Origin: Acidobacteriota bacterium
GTDB lineage: Bacteria > Acidobacteriota > Blastocatellia > UBA7656
Direction: 5' to 3'
DNA length: 64,000 bases
Assembly (NCBI GenBank): GCA_038040455.1
Contig: JBBPIH010000005.1
Location: 99,614-163,613, forward strand
Of this stretch, positions 1 through 10,109 are shown in pieces. The first letter of the stretch is position 1. Every line of letters begins with the position of its first letter. The notes beneath the pieces were generated by a model that saw nothing but the letters and a program-made list of their open reading frames with translations, searched no databases and was not told the origin of the DNA. A program made the position numbers and the translations under genes.

Positions 1-504
1 GCTGTAGTTTTGCCGCACGGTGCGCTCTTCCGTATGGGCAAGGAGGGTGAGATGCGGAAAAAGATTCTTAACATGGATCTGCTCGAAGCCGTCATCGGCC
101 TCGGCCCGAATCTCTTTTACGGCGCCAGCCTCGCCGCGTGTATCCTCGTATTCCGCCAGCGCAAGGCAAAGGATCGGAAGAAGAAGGTTCTAATTCTGGA
201 CGCTTCGAAGGAGTTCAAGACCGGGCGTGCCCAGAACGAGCTGCTTCCTCAGCACGTCCAGCGCATTCACACCAGGTACCGCGATTTCGAGGATGTTGAC
301 GGCATCGCTCGCGTGGTCGCTCTCGACGATATCGCCGCCAATGATTACAACTTGAACATCCCGCGCTACGTCGAGCCGAAGAACGAGCAAGAAGTGCTGT
401 CGGTTGATGAGGCGTTGAAGCGACTACGTATCAGCGCGGAAGGGGTATTTGCAGCCGAGGATAGACTCGTTACTCTGCTCAAGCGGGAGGGATTGCTTAA
501 ATGA
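1..504 (+). CDS. hsdM: Type I R-M methyltransferase subunit HsdM (M1), C-terminal part; 5' end outside window
   Basis: Open from base 1: AVVLPHGALFR...EAVIGLGPNLFYG...DYNLNIPRYV are HsdM C-terminal motifs. Paralogous to 1717..4389 (LFPHGVLFR, VIGLGPNLFY). Confidence 0.9.
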   Translation, partial: AVVLPHGALFRMGKEGEMRKKILNMDLLEAVIGLGPNLFYGASLAACILVFRQRKAKDRKKKVLILDASKEFKTGRAQNELLPQHVQRIHTRYRDFEDVDGIARVVALDDIAANDYNLNIPRYVEPKNEQEVLSVDEALKRLRISAEGVFAAEDRLVTLLKREGLLK

Positions 505-641
505 AAGATCTTCAAAAGCCTGATCACGTCAGCCTCAACACGCCCGTGAATTATCTCCGCGACGGTCGCTTTGTTATCCCTGATTTCCAACGCGAGTTTG
601 AGTGGAAGCCACGGATTGAACTGGGAGAGGATAATTTATGA
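501..641 (+). pseudogene. 46-aa N-terminal stub of a DUF262 (GmrSD-type) protein
   Basis: My translation (not in the ORF track): MKDLQKPDHVSLNTPVNYLRDGRFVIPDFQREFEWKPRIELGEDNL*. IPDFQREFEW matches the DUF262 PxFQRxxxW motif. ATGA overlaps at both ends. Confidence 0.7.
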
Positions 642-1720
642 AGATGAGCCGAACACTACTCTACTATCCGTATATCGAGATTCCAACGAGCGGGCAATGG
701 CTACGATCGGCGCTCCTCTATTGGGATCAAGTCGCAGCTGTCGTGCCGAGAAGCTACGATGACATGCGAGACGAGGACGCAATTCAGCGGTATAGCTCCG
801 AGATCAGGGACCTGCACGCAAGAGGAATCTTTCGACCGATCAATCCAGACGGTCTCGTCCGCGACGAAGAGAAGATGCAGCGGTTGAAGACCGACGTTCT
901 TGAAAATGTAGATGCCTTCCTGAAGAACCGGGAACGGAAAACGCTTCGCTGCACAGAACCTATCTTTCAACAAAAGCTGACGATGGAACTTTCCTACGCC
1001 CTAGAAGAACGTGGTGTCGTAGAAAGGCGAAAGAAGACCCGGCAGGATCATTTTTGCTTCTATTTTGAACCGGCTGTGGCAGACATCTATATGGCGCTGC
1101 TCGCAGACTATCTCGCGCAGAATGAAAGATCATTGACGATACCAAGCACTGATCGACCTGACTGGATCATTAAGACCTTCGGAGGGACATCGGGCGCTGG
1201 AGCGTCCTTGGGTATCTCCACGCGCCTCTTAGACGTTCTGCCTCAGCCGGAGACGAGCGTTTCCATAGATAAATTACTTCGGTTTCGTGACAAGTACCGA
1301 GGGGAGCTTCTCGACTTTCGGCAGGAGATGGACAAGGTAGAGTCCGATCTTGCGAGCGCGAAAGATGACAAACAGATTAGAGACACAGTGACAAAAGCGA
1401 GCGAAAAAATTGAAAGGGAATGTCTAGTTATCAATAAGGCCCTCAAGGGATCAAGAATTGGCACACTTCTCGGTTCCATTAGTTCCCTGCTGAAGGCAGG
1501 CTCCCCCACGATTCTGGTTTCCGGGACTGCCCTGATGACGAACGTCGCATACAATTCTCAGGTTCCAGCCCTCGCCATTCTAAAGTGCGCGATCGCGGGC
1601 GGCTTTATTGAGGTGGCCGTAAACTATTTCAAAGAGCGGATAGAGCGTCGAAGTGCCGCTTTGAAGTCACCCTTTGCCTATCTGATTCTGGCTAAGAAGA
1701 AACGCTTACTTCGCCCATGA
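638..1720 (+). CDS. DUF6236-like hypothetical protein inside the R-M operon
   Basis: N-terminal LYYPYIEIP...WLRSALLYWDQV pattern, LLRFRDKYRGELLDFR coiled segment, hydrophobic C-terminus; coupled by ATGA overlaps. Confidence 0.6.
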   Translation: MKMSRTLLYYPYIEIPTSGQWLRSALLYWDQVAAVVPRSYDDMRDEDAIQRYSSEIRDLHARGIFRPINPDGLVRDEEKMQRLKTDVLENVDAFLKNRERKTLRCTEPIFQQKLTMELSYALEERGVVERRKKTRQDHFCFYFEPAVADIYMALLADYLAQNERSLTIPSTDRPDWIIKTFGGTSGAGASLGISTRLLDVLPQPETSVSIDKLLRFRDKYRGELLDFRQEMDKVESDLASAKDDKQIRDTVTKASEKIERECLVINKALKGSRIGTLLGSISSLLKAGSPTILVSGTALMTNVAYNSQVPALAILKCAIAGGFIEVAVNYFKERIERRSAALKSPFAYLILAKKKRLLRP

Positions 1721-4389
1721 GGATCTCTCAACAACAACTCGAATCCTATCTCTGGGGCGCGGCAACGCTCCTTCGCGGGACTATCGACGCGGGCGATTAC
1801 AAGCAGTTCATCTTCCCTTTGCTCTTTTACAAACGTCTCTGCGATGTCTTCGACGAAGAAACTCAGATCGCGCTAAGCGAGTCCGGCGGCGATCAGCAGT
1901 TTGCACTCTTCCCCGAGAATCATCGCTTCCAGATTCCACCTGAGGCTCACTGGCGCGAGGTGCGCCAGGCCGCAACAAATGTCGGCCGCGCGCTACAGTC
2001 CGCTATGCGCGCGATCGAGACCGCGAACCCAGACAAACTCTACGGCATTTTCGGTGATGCGCAGTGGACTAACAAGGATCGTTTATCGGATGCGATGCTG
2101 CGCGATCTCGTTGAACACTTCAGCGCGCTCGAACTTACTCTGGCCAATCTTCCCGAGGACGAACTGGGCAATGGCTACGAATACCTGATCAAGAAATTCG
2201 CGGACGACTCCGGGCACACCGCCGCCGAGTTCTATACAAATCGGACTATCGTCCATCTTATGACCGAGATGCTCGAGCCGCAGCCGGGCGAATCGATCTA
2301 CGACCCGACGTGCGGCTCGGGTGGCATGTTGCTCTCTTGCATCACCCACCTTCGTAGCCAAGGCAAGGAGTGGCGCAACGTCCGCCTATATGGTCAAGAG
2401 CGGAACCTCATGACCTCTTCGATCGCGCGGATGAACTGCTTCCTTCACGGTATCGAGGACTTTCAGATCGTGCGCGGCGACACGCTGTCCGAGCCGAAGC
2501 TCGTTCAGGGCGATCAACTCATGCTCTTCGATGTCGTGCTGGCCAATCCACCCTATTCGATCAAGCAGTGGGACCGCGATGCTTTCGCCTCTGACCCGTG
2601 GGGACGCAACTTATACGGCACACCTCCACAGGGCCGCGCGGACTACGCCTTCTGGCAACACATCCTGTGCAGCCTCGCGACGAAGACCGGTCGGTGCGCG
2701 ATCCTCTTTCCGCACGGGGTGCTCTTCCGTCAGGAGGAGGCGGAGATGCGGCGCAAGCTCATCGAAGCCGACCTTATTGAGTGCGTCATCGGGCTCGGCC
2801 CAAACCTTTTTTACAACTCGCCGATGGAAGCTTGCGTCGTCATTTGTCGCACGAACAAGGCTAAGGCCCGCCGCCGCAAAATCCTCTTCATCAACGCCAT
2901 CAATGAAGTCACCCGCGAACGCGCGCAAAGCTTCCTCACAGACGACCACATTGAACGCGTCGTCGGGGCCTATCGCGAGTTCAAGGATGAAGCCGGCCTC
3001 ACTCACGTGACGACGCTTGATGAAGTCCGGGCGAAGGACTGGAATCTCAACTTACCGCTTTATGTAGCCTCGACCGAAACTACTGACGGGAGGAACATCG
3101 TCGGTAACATCGACGTTGCCCAAGCTCTTTCCTCCTGGATAAGTTCGGCGTCCGAAGTTCGTGAAGCGTTGACTAATGTCATTGGACAAGGACTCGCTGC
3201 TGCCGAACTGCCACTGATACCGTCAATCGCTAAGCAATTTCCGAGTTGGCTTAAACGAAGCGAATGGACCCGACTTCCGTTCGCTTCGTTTGCCGAGAGC
3301 GTCAATGAACGAGTTGAGCCTGCAGACGCAGCGGATGACAACTACGTCGGCCTGGAGCATCTCGACTCTGGCAGCCTACACATTCGCCGCTCGGGCAAGG
3401 GCAGCGATGTCATCGGCACCAAGCTTCGCTTTCGCAAAGGCGACATCATCTTCGGACGGCGCAGGGCTTATCAACGAAAGCTCGCGGTCGCGGAGACAGA
3501 TGGGATTTGCTCAGCGCACGCGATGGTCGTGCGGGCGAAACAGGATTTGGTCCTTCCAGAGTTTTTGCCGTTCTTGATGATGAGCGACAAGTTCATGAAT
3601 CGAGCTGTCGAAATCTCCGTCGGTTCGCTCTCGCCTACCATCAACTGGAAGACGCTCAAGGTTGAGGAGTTCGACCTTCCGCCGCTCGACCAGCAGCGGC
3701 GCATTGCAGAAATCTTGTGGGCGGTGGATGACGTTCATTGTCGGTTTGAGGCTATGGCTGAAAGCGCAGCGAAGCTGCGGAAGGCGCATCTGCATTCCAC
3801 GTTCGCTCACCATAACACGCACACAACTCTCCCGGTGCGTGAAACTGGCTTGGTTCAGCTCGGAAGACAACGCGCTCCTAAGTACCAAACTGGCATCTCA
3901 ACGAAGCCGTATTTGAGAGTGGCGAACGTGTTCGACGGCTTCCTAGATTACAGCGATGTATTGCGGATGGACTTCGACTATGGCGACTTTGAAACCTATC
4001 GCCTTCGCGCGGGTGACATTCTACTCAACGAAGGGCAAAGCCGCGAACTAGTGGGAAGATGCGCCATCTACGATGGGGGTATTGAGGAGTGCTGCTTTCA
4101 GAATACTCTGATTCGTTACCGCGCGGGCGATCCTGTGCTGACCGAATACGCATTCACGTTCTTCCAATACTGCTTCCATTTTGGAATCTTCGCTGCCATT
4201 TCCAGCCAAACGACTTCGATGGCCCATCTCGGTGCTGAGCGGTTTGGAAGCCTGTCAATGCCGGTTCCTCCGAAGGTGGAGCAAAAGAGGATTGCGGAGG
4301 AGTTTGCCCAGATGCAGAGTTTGAAAGTCGGCATTGCAGATCATTTGCGCAAGGTGCGAAGGTTACGCGAGACTACGATCAATACATGA
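1717..4389 (+). CDS. Type I R-M HsdM-HsdS fusion (M2 with NPPY motif, fused to a two-TRD specificity subunit)
   Basis: AEFYT, DPTCGSGG (motif I), NPPY (motif IV). After about aa 510 come two TRDs, each followed by an HsdS conserved region (LPPLDQQRRIAEIL; VPPKVEQKRIAE). One continuous ORF. Confidence 0.9.
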   Translation: MRISQQQLESYLWGAATLLRGTIDAGDYKQFIFPLLFYKRLCDVFDEETQIALSESGGDQQFALFPENHRFQIPPEAHWREVRQAATNVGRALQSAMRAIETANPDKLYGIFGDAQWTNKDRLSDAMLRDLVEHFSALELTLANLPEDELGNGYEYLIKKFADDSGHTAAEFYTNRTIVHLMTEMLEPQPGESIYDPTCGSGGMLLSCITHLRSQGKEWRNVRLYGQERNLMTSSIARMNCFLHGIEDFQIVRGDTLSEPKLVQGDQLMLFDVVLANPPYSIKQWDRDAFASDPWGRNLYGTPPQGRADYAFWQHILCSLATKTGRCAILFPHGVLFRQEEAEMRRKLIEADLIECVIGLGPNLFYNSPMEACVVICRTNKAKARRRKILFINAINEVTRERAQSFLTDDHIERVVGAYREFKDEAGLTHVTTLDEVRAKDWNLNLPLYVASTETTDGRNIVGNIDVAQALSSWISSASEVREALTNVIGQGLAAAELPLIPSIAKQFPSWLKRSEWTRLPFASFAESVNERVEPADAADDNYVGLEHLDSGSLHIRRSGKGSDVIGTKLRFRKGDIIFGRRRAYQRKLAVAETDGICSAHAMVVRAKQDLVLPEFLPFLMMSDKFMNRAVEISVGSLSPTINWKTLKVEEFDLPPLDQQRRIAEILWAVDDVHCRFEAMAESAAKLRKAHLHSTFAHHNTHTTLPVRETGLVQLGRQRAPKYQTGISTKPYLRVANVFDGFLDYSDVLRMDFDYGDFETYRLRAGDILLNEGQSRELVGRCAIYDGGIEECCFQNTLIRYRAGDPVLTEYAFTFFQYCFHFGIFAAISSQTTSMAHLGAERFGSLSMPVPPKVEQKRIAEEFAQMQSLKVGIADHLRKVRRLRETTINT

Positions 4390-7376
4390 GTGCTTTCAAC
4401 GAGTCCAATACTGTCGAGCAGATGATTCTCGACGCCGTCGCAAGTGTCGGTGGTGCGAAGCGAACGGGTGCGTATGAAGAAGCGGCGCCGGGTTGGGGCC
4501 CTTCGCGCGGCGAGGAGTTGCGTCCGGCTCGCTGGGAATATGTTCCCCACGCACAGATCCCTCGCCAAAGCGCCGACGTGATGGTCGAGTCGTGGGTGCG
4601 CGATGCGTTGCTCAAGCTCAACCCGGAAATCGCTGCGCAGCCCGATCGCGCCGATGAAGTCATCTACAACCTGCGCGCTTGCATCCTCTCCGTCAACACC
4701 GACGGACTCGTGCGGGCGAATGAAAACTTCATGGCTTGGTTGCGCGGCGAAAAGACCATGCCTTTTGGCGCGAACGGCGAGCACGTCCCTGTGCGTCTTG
4801 TTGACGACGCTCAATCTGCCGGCAACCGCCTCACCGTCACCAATCAGTGGACCTATCAAACTGGCTCGGTTGAGAAGCGCTTCGACATAGTCTTCGTCGT
4901 CAACGGACTGCCGATCGTTATCGGCGAGGCCAAGACGCCGACGCGCAGCGCGGTCACGTGGTTCGACGGTGCGTTCCAGATTAATCAGATTTACGAGAGA
5001 GAAGTGCCGGCGATGTTTGTGCCGAACGTATTCTCATTCGCCACCGAGGGGCGCTTCTACCGCTACGGCTCGATCCGCATGCCTATCGACATGTGGGGTC
5101 CCTGGCGCGACGACGACAATCAAGACGAAGGCGAACTGCATCACGTGCAAGCCACGGTGACGAGCATGCTCCGTCCCGACGTGGTGCTGGACATCCTTCA
5201 AAACTTCACGCTCTTCGCCACGGACAAGAAGCACCGGCGGATCAAGATCATCTGCCGTTACCAGCAATACATCACCACCAACCAGATCGTTGACCGAGTT
5301 GTGAAGGGTCATCCGAAGAAGGGTTTGATCTGGCATTTCCAGGGCAGCGGCAAATCGCTGCTGATGGTCTTCGCGGCGCAGAAGCTCCGACTCCATCCGA
5401 AGCTTGGCAATCCCACGGTGATCATCGTAGTGGATCGCATCGACCTCGACACACAGATAACCGCCACCTTCAACGCCGCCGACGTGCCGAACATGGTCGG
5501 CGTTAGCACGCGTCAGGAGTTGCAGACGCTTCTAGGGCAGGACGTGCGCAAGGTGCTCATTACCACGATTCACAAGTTTGCCGAGGCCGGCGGCAAGCTA
5601 AACGAACGCACAAACATAATCGTGATGGTTGATGAAGCGCACCGCACTCAGGAGGGCGACCTCGGACGCAACATGCGCGAGGCATTGCCGAATGCTTTCC
5701 TTTTCGGCATGACCGGCACTCCCATCAACCGAGCCGATCGAAACACGTTCTGGGCCTTTGGAGCGGATGAGGACGAGAAGGGCTACCTGAGTCGCTATTC
5801 GTTTCAAGACTCAATCCGTGACAAGGCTACGCTGCCGCTTCATTTCGAGGCGCCGGAGATAAAGCTGAAGATCAATAAGGCGGCAATCGATGAGGCCTAT
5901 GCTGAGATCACCGGCAAACTGAGCGAGCAGGACCGCGATGACCTGGCCAAACGCGCAGCGAAGATGGCGGTGTTGGTGAAGAACTCCGAGCGCGTTCACG
6001 CAGTCGTCAACCACATCGTTAACCACTATCAGACGAAAGTGGAGCCGAACGGTTTCAAAGCGCAGGTAGTCACCTTCGATCGTGAGTGCTGTGTCCTCTA
6101 CAAGCAAGTGATGGATGAGTTGATCGGGCCGGAGGCCAGCGCAATAGTGATGACCACCGCTACCGGCGATCCGCCTGAGTGGAAACAGCACGTGCGCGAT
6201 AAGGACGAAGAGGAGAAACTGCTCGACCGCTTTCGCGATCCCGCTGACCCGCTCAACTTCGTCATTGTCACATCGAAACTCCTGACCGGCTTCGACGCAC
6301 CCATTCTGCAGGTGATGTATCTCGATAAGCCGATGAAGGACCACAACCTTCTGCAGGCGATCTGTCGAACCAACCGAACTTTTGGCCAGGAGAAGACACA
6401 CGGCCTGATCGTTGATTACATCGGCATCTTCGACGATGTAGCGCGCGCGTTGAACTTCGACGAGAAAGCGGTTCAGCAGGTAGTGTCGAATATCGACGAG
6501 TTGCGGAAGGCGCTGCCTGTCCAGGTACAGAAATGCGTCGCCTTCTTCACCGGCGTCGACCGAACGGTTGGCGGTTATGAGGGTCTGATGGCCGCACAGG
6601 AGTGTCTACCCAACAATGAGGTGCGCGACAAATTCGCGGCCGAGTACTCGGTTCTGGGCACAATTTGGGAAGCACTCTCACCAGACCCGTGCCTGAGTCC
6701 TTACGAGACGGACTACAGATGGCTCACCCTGGTGTATGAGTCAGTGAAGCCACCGAGCGGCAACGGCAAGCTGCTCTGGCACGCACTCGGCGCGAAGACG
6801 GTCGAACTCATCAACCAGAACGTGCATGTTGAATCGGTCCGGGACGACGTAGAGACGCTGGTGATGGATGCACAGATGCTTGAGAGTATTCTTCAGTCCG
6901 ATGATCCTGAGAAGAAGAGCCGCGAGATCGAAATCATGCTGGTCGCCAGACTGCGTCGCCACCTTGGCAATCCGATATTCGTCGCGCTCGGCGAACGGTT
7001 GGAACGAATCAAGCAGCGTCACGAGGAAGGATTCCTAAACAGCTTGCAGTTCCTGAAGGAAATCCTTGAGTTGGCCGCGGAGGTCCTCGAAAGCGAGAAG
7101 CAGGTTGATCCAGCCGAGGAACGCGACCGGGCCAAGGAGGCGCTCACTGAACTGTTCAACGAGGCCAAGAGCAACAACACGCACATTATCGTTGAGCGGA
7201 TTGTCGCCGACATCGACGAGATCGTGAGGACGGTTCGCTTCCCTGATTGGCAGCAGACTAGCCAGGGTGAACGGCTGGTGCAGCGGGAGCTTCGCCGTGC
7301 ATTACTCAAGTACAAGTTGCACACCGATCAGGAGCTTTTTGATAAAGCCTACGGTTATATCAAGCAGTATTACTGA
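4386..7376 (+). CDS. hsdR: Type I restriction endonuclease subunit R
   Basis: FDIVFVVNGLPIVIGEAK nuclease motif, WHFQGSGKS Walker A, DEAH, MTGTP, LLTGFDAP, QAICRTNR. Confidence 0.95.
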   Translation: MSAFNESNTVEQMILDAVASVGGAKRTGAYEEAAPGWGPSRGEELRPARWEYVPHAQIPRQSADVMVESWVRDALLKLNPEIAAQPDRADEVIYNLRACILSVNTDGLVRANENFMAWLRGEKTMPFGANGEHVPVRLVDDAQSAGNRLTVTNQWTYQTGSVEKRFDIVFVVNGLPIVIGEAKTPTRSAVTWFDGAFQINQIYEREVPAMFVPNVFSFATEGRFYRYGSIRMPIDMWGPWRDDDNQDEGELHHVQATVTSMLRPDVVLDILQNFTLFATDKKHRRIKIICRYQQYITTNQIVDRVVKGHPKKGLIWHFQGSGKSLLMVFAAQKLRLHPKLGNPTVIIVVDRIDLDTQITATFNAADVPNMVGVSTRQELQTLLGQDVRKVLITTIHKFAEAGGKLNERTNIIVMVDEAHRTQEGDLGRNMREALPNAFLFGMTGTPINRADRNTFWAFGADEDEKGYLSRYSFQDSIRDKATLPLHFEAPEIKLKINKAAIDEAYAEITGKLSEQDRDDLAKRAAKMAVLVKNSERVHAVVNHIVNHYQTKVEPNGFKAQVVTFDRECCVLYKQVMDELIGPEASAIVMTTATGDPPEWKQHVRDKDEEEKLLDRFRDPADPLNFVIVTSKLLTGFDAPILQVMYLDKPMKDHNLLQAICRTNRTFGQEKTHGLIVDYIGIFDDVARALNFDEKAVQQVVSNIDELRKALPVQVQKCVAFFTGVDRTVGGYEGLMAAQECLPNNEVRDKFAAEYSVLGTIWEALSPDPCLSPYETDYRWLTLVYESVKPPSGNGKLLWHALGAKTVELINQNVHVESVRDDVETLVMDAQMLESILQSDDPEKKSREIEIMLVARLRRHLGNPIFVALGERLERIKQRHEEGFLNSLQFLKEILELAAEVLESEKQVDPAEERDRAKEALTELFNEAKSNNTHIIVERIVADIDEIVRTVRFPDWQQTSQGERLVQRELRRALLKYKLHTDQELFDKAYGYIKQYY

Positions 7377-7519
7377 GTGCTTTTGGCTCGCTTCTTAGAC
7401 TCCCGCACTAAATACATACCCTACATGCTCGATTCTTTCAGCGGTTCGGCAGTCGCCTTGCAAACCTTCGTCCGAGCGCTCCCCTGGCAGCCAAATTTTG
7501 AAGGAAATCACGACTAGGA

Positions 7520-8362
7520 CTATTCGGACACAAGCTGTTCGAAGTGTAGTCCATCATAGTTCTTCTGAGAGTCATCGGCCAATTCCTGATATGTAGGAAC
7601 CTTAGAAAACTGAAATGGAGAATTCTGAAGTAAGTCGGCCAAGCCAAGTCTGACAAGATGGGAAGGTAAGGCTATGGTTATGTTGGTGCCCGGGAATCCT
7701 CCGTGGAGTAGTCCAACAACAGTAGGGGTATCTGGCAAGAATATCGGTGAACCGCTCCCGCCCCCTTGCATCATCACATCAATAGTGAATCCGTGAGGAA
7801 CAGAACACGGAAAAGGATACAAGCTGCTTATGATTCCGTGACGCAGAAGCGGAGTAATCTGATTGATGTTTCCATAGACAACAAGCGCATCGTTGCCAAG
7901 CGGGAACCCTGCTGTGGCAATAGACATTCCAATTTGCCACGTGTTTTTTCTTGTGGCCAATTCTAGGGCCGGGAGTTCGCATGCATCAATCTGGAGAAAT
8001 GCCATATCCGGTACAGGCTCGCCGTAATACTGTTGCGTTGAGGCGAAGCTATCTAGTACCCGGTAATCTCTTATGTCAACGAAGAACAGCCCTTGCACTT
8101 GGCCGTGCGCATCGTCGTGAACGGCCGGACTGGAAAGCATAGCGAAGGCGGTGTGGGCGCCAGTCTTCGGGTGTACTGGCAATTGCATAAGGTCATCGGC
8201 CACGTGTCTGTTGGTGACAACAATACCGCGAGGATCAACCACGAACCCGGTTCCAAGCAAAAAGGGGAACGGTGGTGTTTTTCCCGGCTTTGATATTGAG
8301 ATTCTAGAGCCAAGAGCAACAATACTGGGGCGGACAACTTCAAAATTCTCAGCTAAGGACAT
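7520..8362 (-). CDS. Cytoplasmic trypsin-like serine protease (Trypsin_2)
   Basis: LGTGFVV, TNRHV (His), PDMA (Asp), GGGSGSP (Ser); no signal peptide; AAGGA RBS. Confidence 0.85.
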   Translation of the reverse strand: MSLAENFEVVRPSIVALGSRISISKPGKTPPFPFLLGTGFVVDPRGIVVTNRHVADDLMQLPVHPKTGAHTAFAMLSSPAVHDDAHGQVQGLFFVDIRDYRVLDSFASTQQYYGEPVPDMAFLQIDACELPALELATRKNTWQIGMSIATAGFPLGNDALVVYGNINQITPLLRHGIISSLYPFPCSVPHGFTIDVMMQGGGSGSPIFLPDTPTVVGLLHGGFPGTNITIALPSHLVRLGLADLLQNSPFQFSKVPTYQELADDSQKNYDGLHFEQLVSE

Positions 8363-8375
8363 AGAGACTTCCTTG

Positions 8376-9257
8376 TCACCTTGAAGCGGCTTTTCGTTCG
8401 TCCACGACGGCTTGTTGCTTAGCTACGCCTTCCTCAAAAGTCCTTGGATCTCTGAAGTCTAACGGAAACTTTCCCTCTATCCAGTGACAGGGTAGCCTAA
8501 GAGTCGCAGAAACCACGGTGTTGTATCCCAAGTCTGCCCACTCAGTAACATCTAGCAAAGGTTCCGACGGTTCTCCGTGAAAAAACAGCGCCCATCCGAC
8601 AGGCCACCATGCAAGCTCGGATAAGATAGCAACCTTACCGGTAGTTCTGCTTCCCATTACACCAATGCTGGAGGTTCTTCCGGCCGGCTGACCAATCAAA
8701 TACATATACAGGCGCACGCCCTCGGGAAGTTCTGTTGCCTCTCGGTCAAGAACCAACCTGCGAATTTCCGGTAGAGCGTTGTGGGCCATAGATACATCCA
8801 TAAAGAGTTCAGGTGGGGGTAGATTTCCATCCCTTTTGGCAGACGGCGCACACGCCGCATCAAGCTTGGCTTTCTCGTTAGGATTGATGACGACAAGAAA
8901 GCTGCACAACACCTGCTTAACTACACGAAGGGGGTAGAAATCTGAGACGTCTATCTCTCCAAGTCCGACGTTCATCGGGCGAGCATAAGGCTGAATCTTC
9001 TTGACAAAGTTGATATAGTCCCGCGCATACCAATCGCCGGTGAGGTTATTGCATTCTTCGCACGTCGCGTAGCGGGCATTCCCGCCGTGTTTCTGGGTCT
9101 CATACCACACTAGCATATCGTCAACGCGCTTGTGCTGGTTAATACCCTGAACCTTAAAGCTGTCTCGGTTGTATGCTCCTTTGGGTGGGAAATGCTCCCG
9201 AGACAACTTGCCGTACTTTTGGCATATTCTACAAACACCTTCTACTTTCTTACCCAT
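8376..9257 (-). CDS. HNH-like zinc-binding endonuclease with unknown C-terminal domain
   Basis: CRIC...LSREHFPP...TCEECNN (CxxC/EH/CxxCN beta-beta-alpha-Me pattern); ends 13 bp upstream of the protease gene. Confidence 0.7.
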   Translation of the reverse strand: MGKKVEGVCRICQKYGKLSREHFPPKGAYNRDSFKVQGINQHKRVDDMLVWYETQKHGGNARYATCEECNNLTGDWYARDYINFVKKIQPYARPMNVGLGEIDVSDFYPLRVVKQVLCSFLVVINPNEKAKLDAACAPSAKRDGNLPPPELFMDVSMAHNALPEIRRLVLDREATELPEGVRLYMYLIGQPAGRTSSIGVMGSRTTGKVAILSELAWWPVGWALFFHGEPSEPLLDVTEWADLGYNTVVSATLRLPCHWIEGKFPLDFRDPRTFEEGVAKQQAVVDERKAASR

Positions 9258-9496
9258 GTCACGCCCCCTGCGGTGAACAAATCAGAATATAGTAGCGCAG
9301 GCAACGTGTAGCTCTCAATTAATTTCTTTCGACTAATTTCTACGCTGCGGCTCATCTTGTTGCCTCCATCCCTCTCTGTTCTTACAAAGTAGATGTTCCA
9401 CCGAGCTGACGCATTTTTATGTGTCGCAAGAGTTGTAAGAACCCTCGCGCATTCGAGTCGAACACAACAATAACCGAGGCCTTACGAACTTCTTCC

Positions 9497-9664
9497 TTTC
9501 TTCTCTTTTGCTTGCTCCCCCTTTTCGGACTTTCCTGCGGCACCCCGTGTGTCAACTCGCGCAAACTACGACGCGAGTCCTCCACTGCGTTCCGGCCCTG
9601 CGGGTGACACACGAGGCCCCGCCGCCAGGTTCTGTCCTTTAAGGGGAACAAGCAGTTAAGAAAG
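9497..9664. promoter_or_regulatory. Long imperfect hairpin, candidate single-strand (Frpo/ssi-like) promoter
   Basis: TGCTTGCTCCCC (9509) pairs with GGGGAACAAGCA (to 9654). Nested pairs GGAC/GTCC, CCTG/CAGG, CGTGTGTCA/TGACACACG, ACTCGCG/CGCGAGT. Lies just upstream of plasmid-type genes. Confidence 0.45.
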
Positions 9665-9734
9665 CTCTTTTTTTAACGGACAACTCCGCCCAAACAACGG
9701 AGACCAGTTAGACAAACCCTCGAAAGGAGATTTC

Positions 9735-10034
9735 ATGTCAGTGACTCAATCGCAGATCAAACAACCCTTGTTCGCACTAGGCAGACTCGTTGCCACGCCC
9801 GGCGCGTTGGAACTTCTAACACGCTCAGCGCAGACACCCTTGGAGTTTTTAGCCCGACATTCGCGCGGAGACTGGGGCGAGTGCTGTCCTGAAGACGCCA
9901 CAGAGAATGACTTCTCAGTCAAAGCCGGTTTCCGAATCTTCAGCGTCTATCGCACACGCAATGGCGAAAAGCTTTGGGTCATCACGGAAGCCGACCGCAG
10001 CGTAACAACCCTGCTTTTGCCGAGCGAATACTAA
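9735..10034 (+). CDS. Small conserved plasmid/ICE-associated protein
   Basis: LFALGRLVATPGA...RHSRGDWG...WVITEADRSVTTLLLPSEY is typical of this family; AAGGAGA RBS. Confidence 0.8.
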   Translation: MSVTQSQIKQPLFALGRLVATPGALELLTRSAQTPLEFLARHSRGDWGECCPEDATENDFSVKAGFRIFSVYRTRNGEKLWVITEADRSVTTLLLPSEY

Positions 10035-10109
10035 AACTGAAACGGGCTAGAAAGCGCGCCAACGCCTCTAGCCCAAAACACCGACCTTCAACCACCAGGG
10101 AGAAAATCG

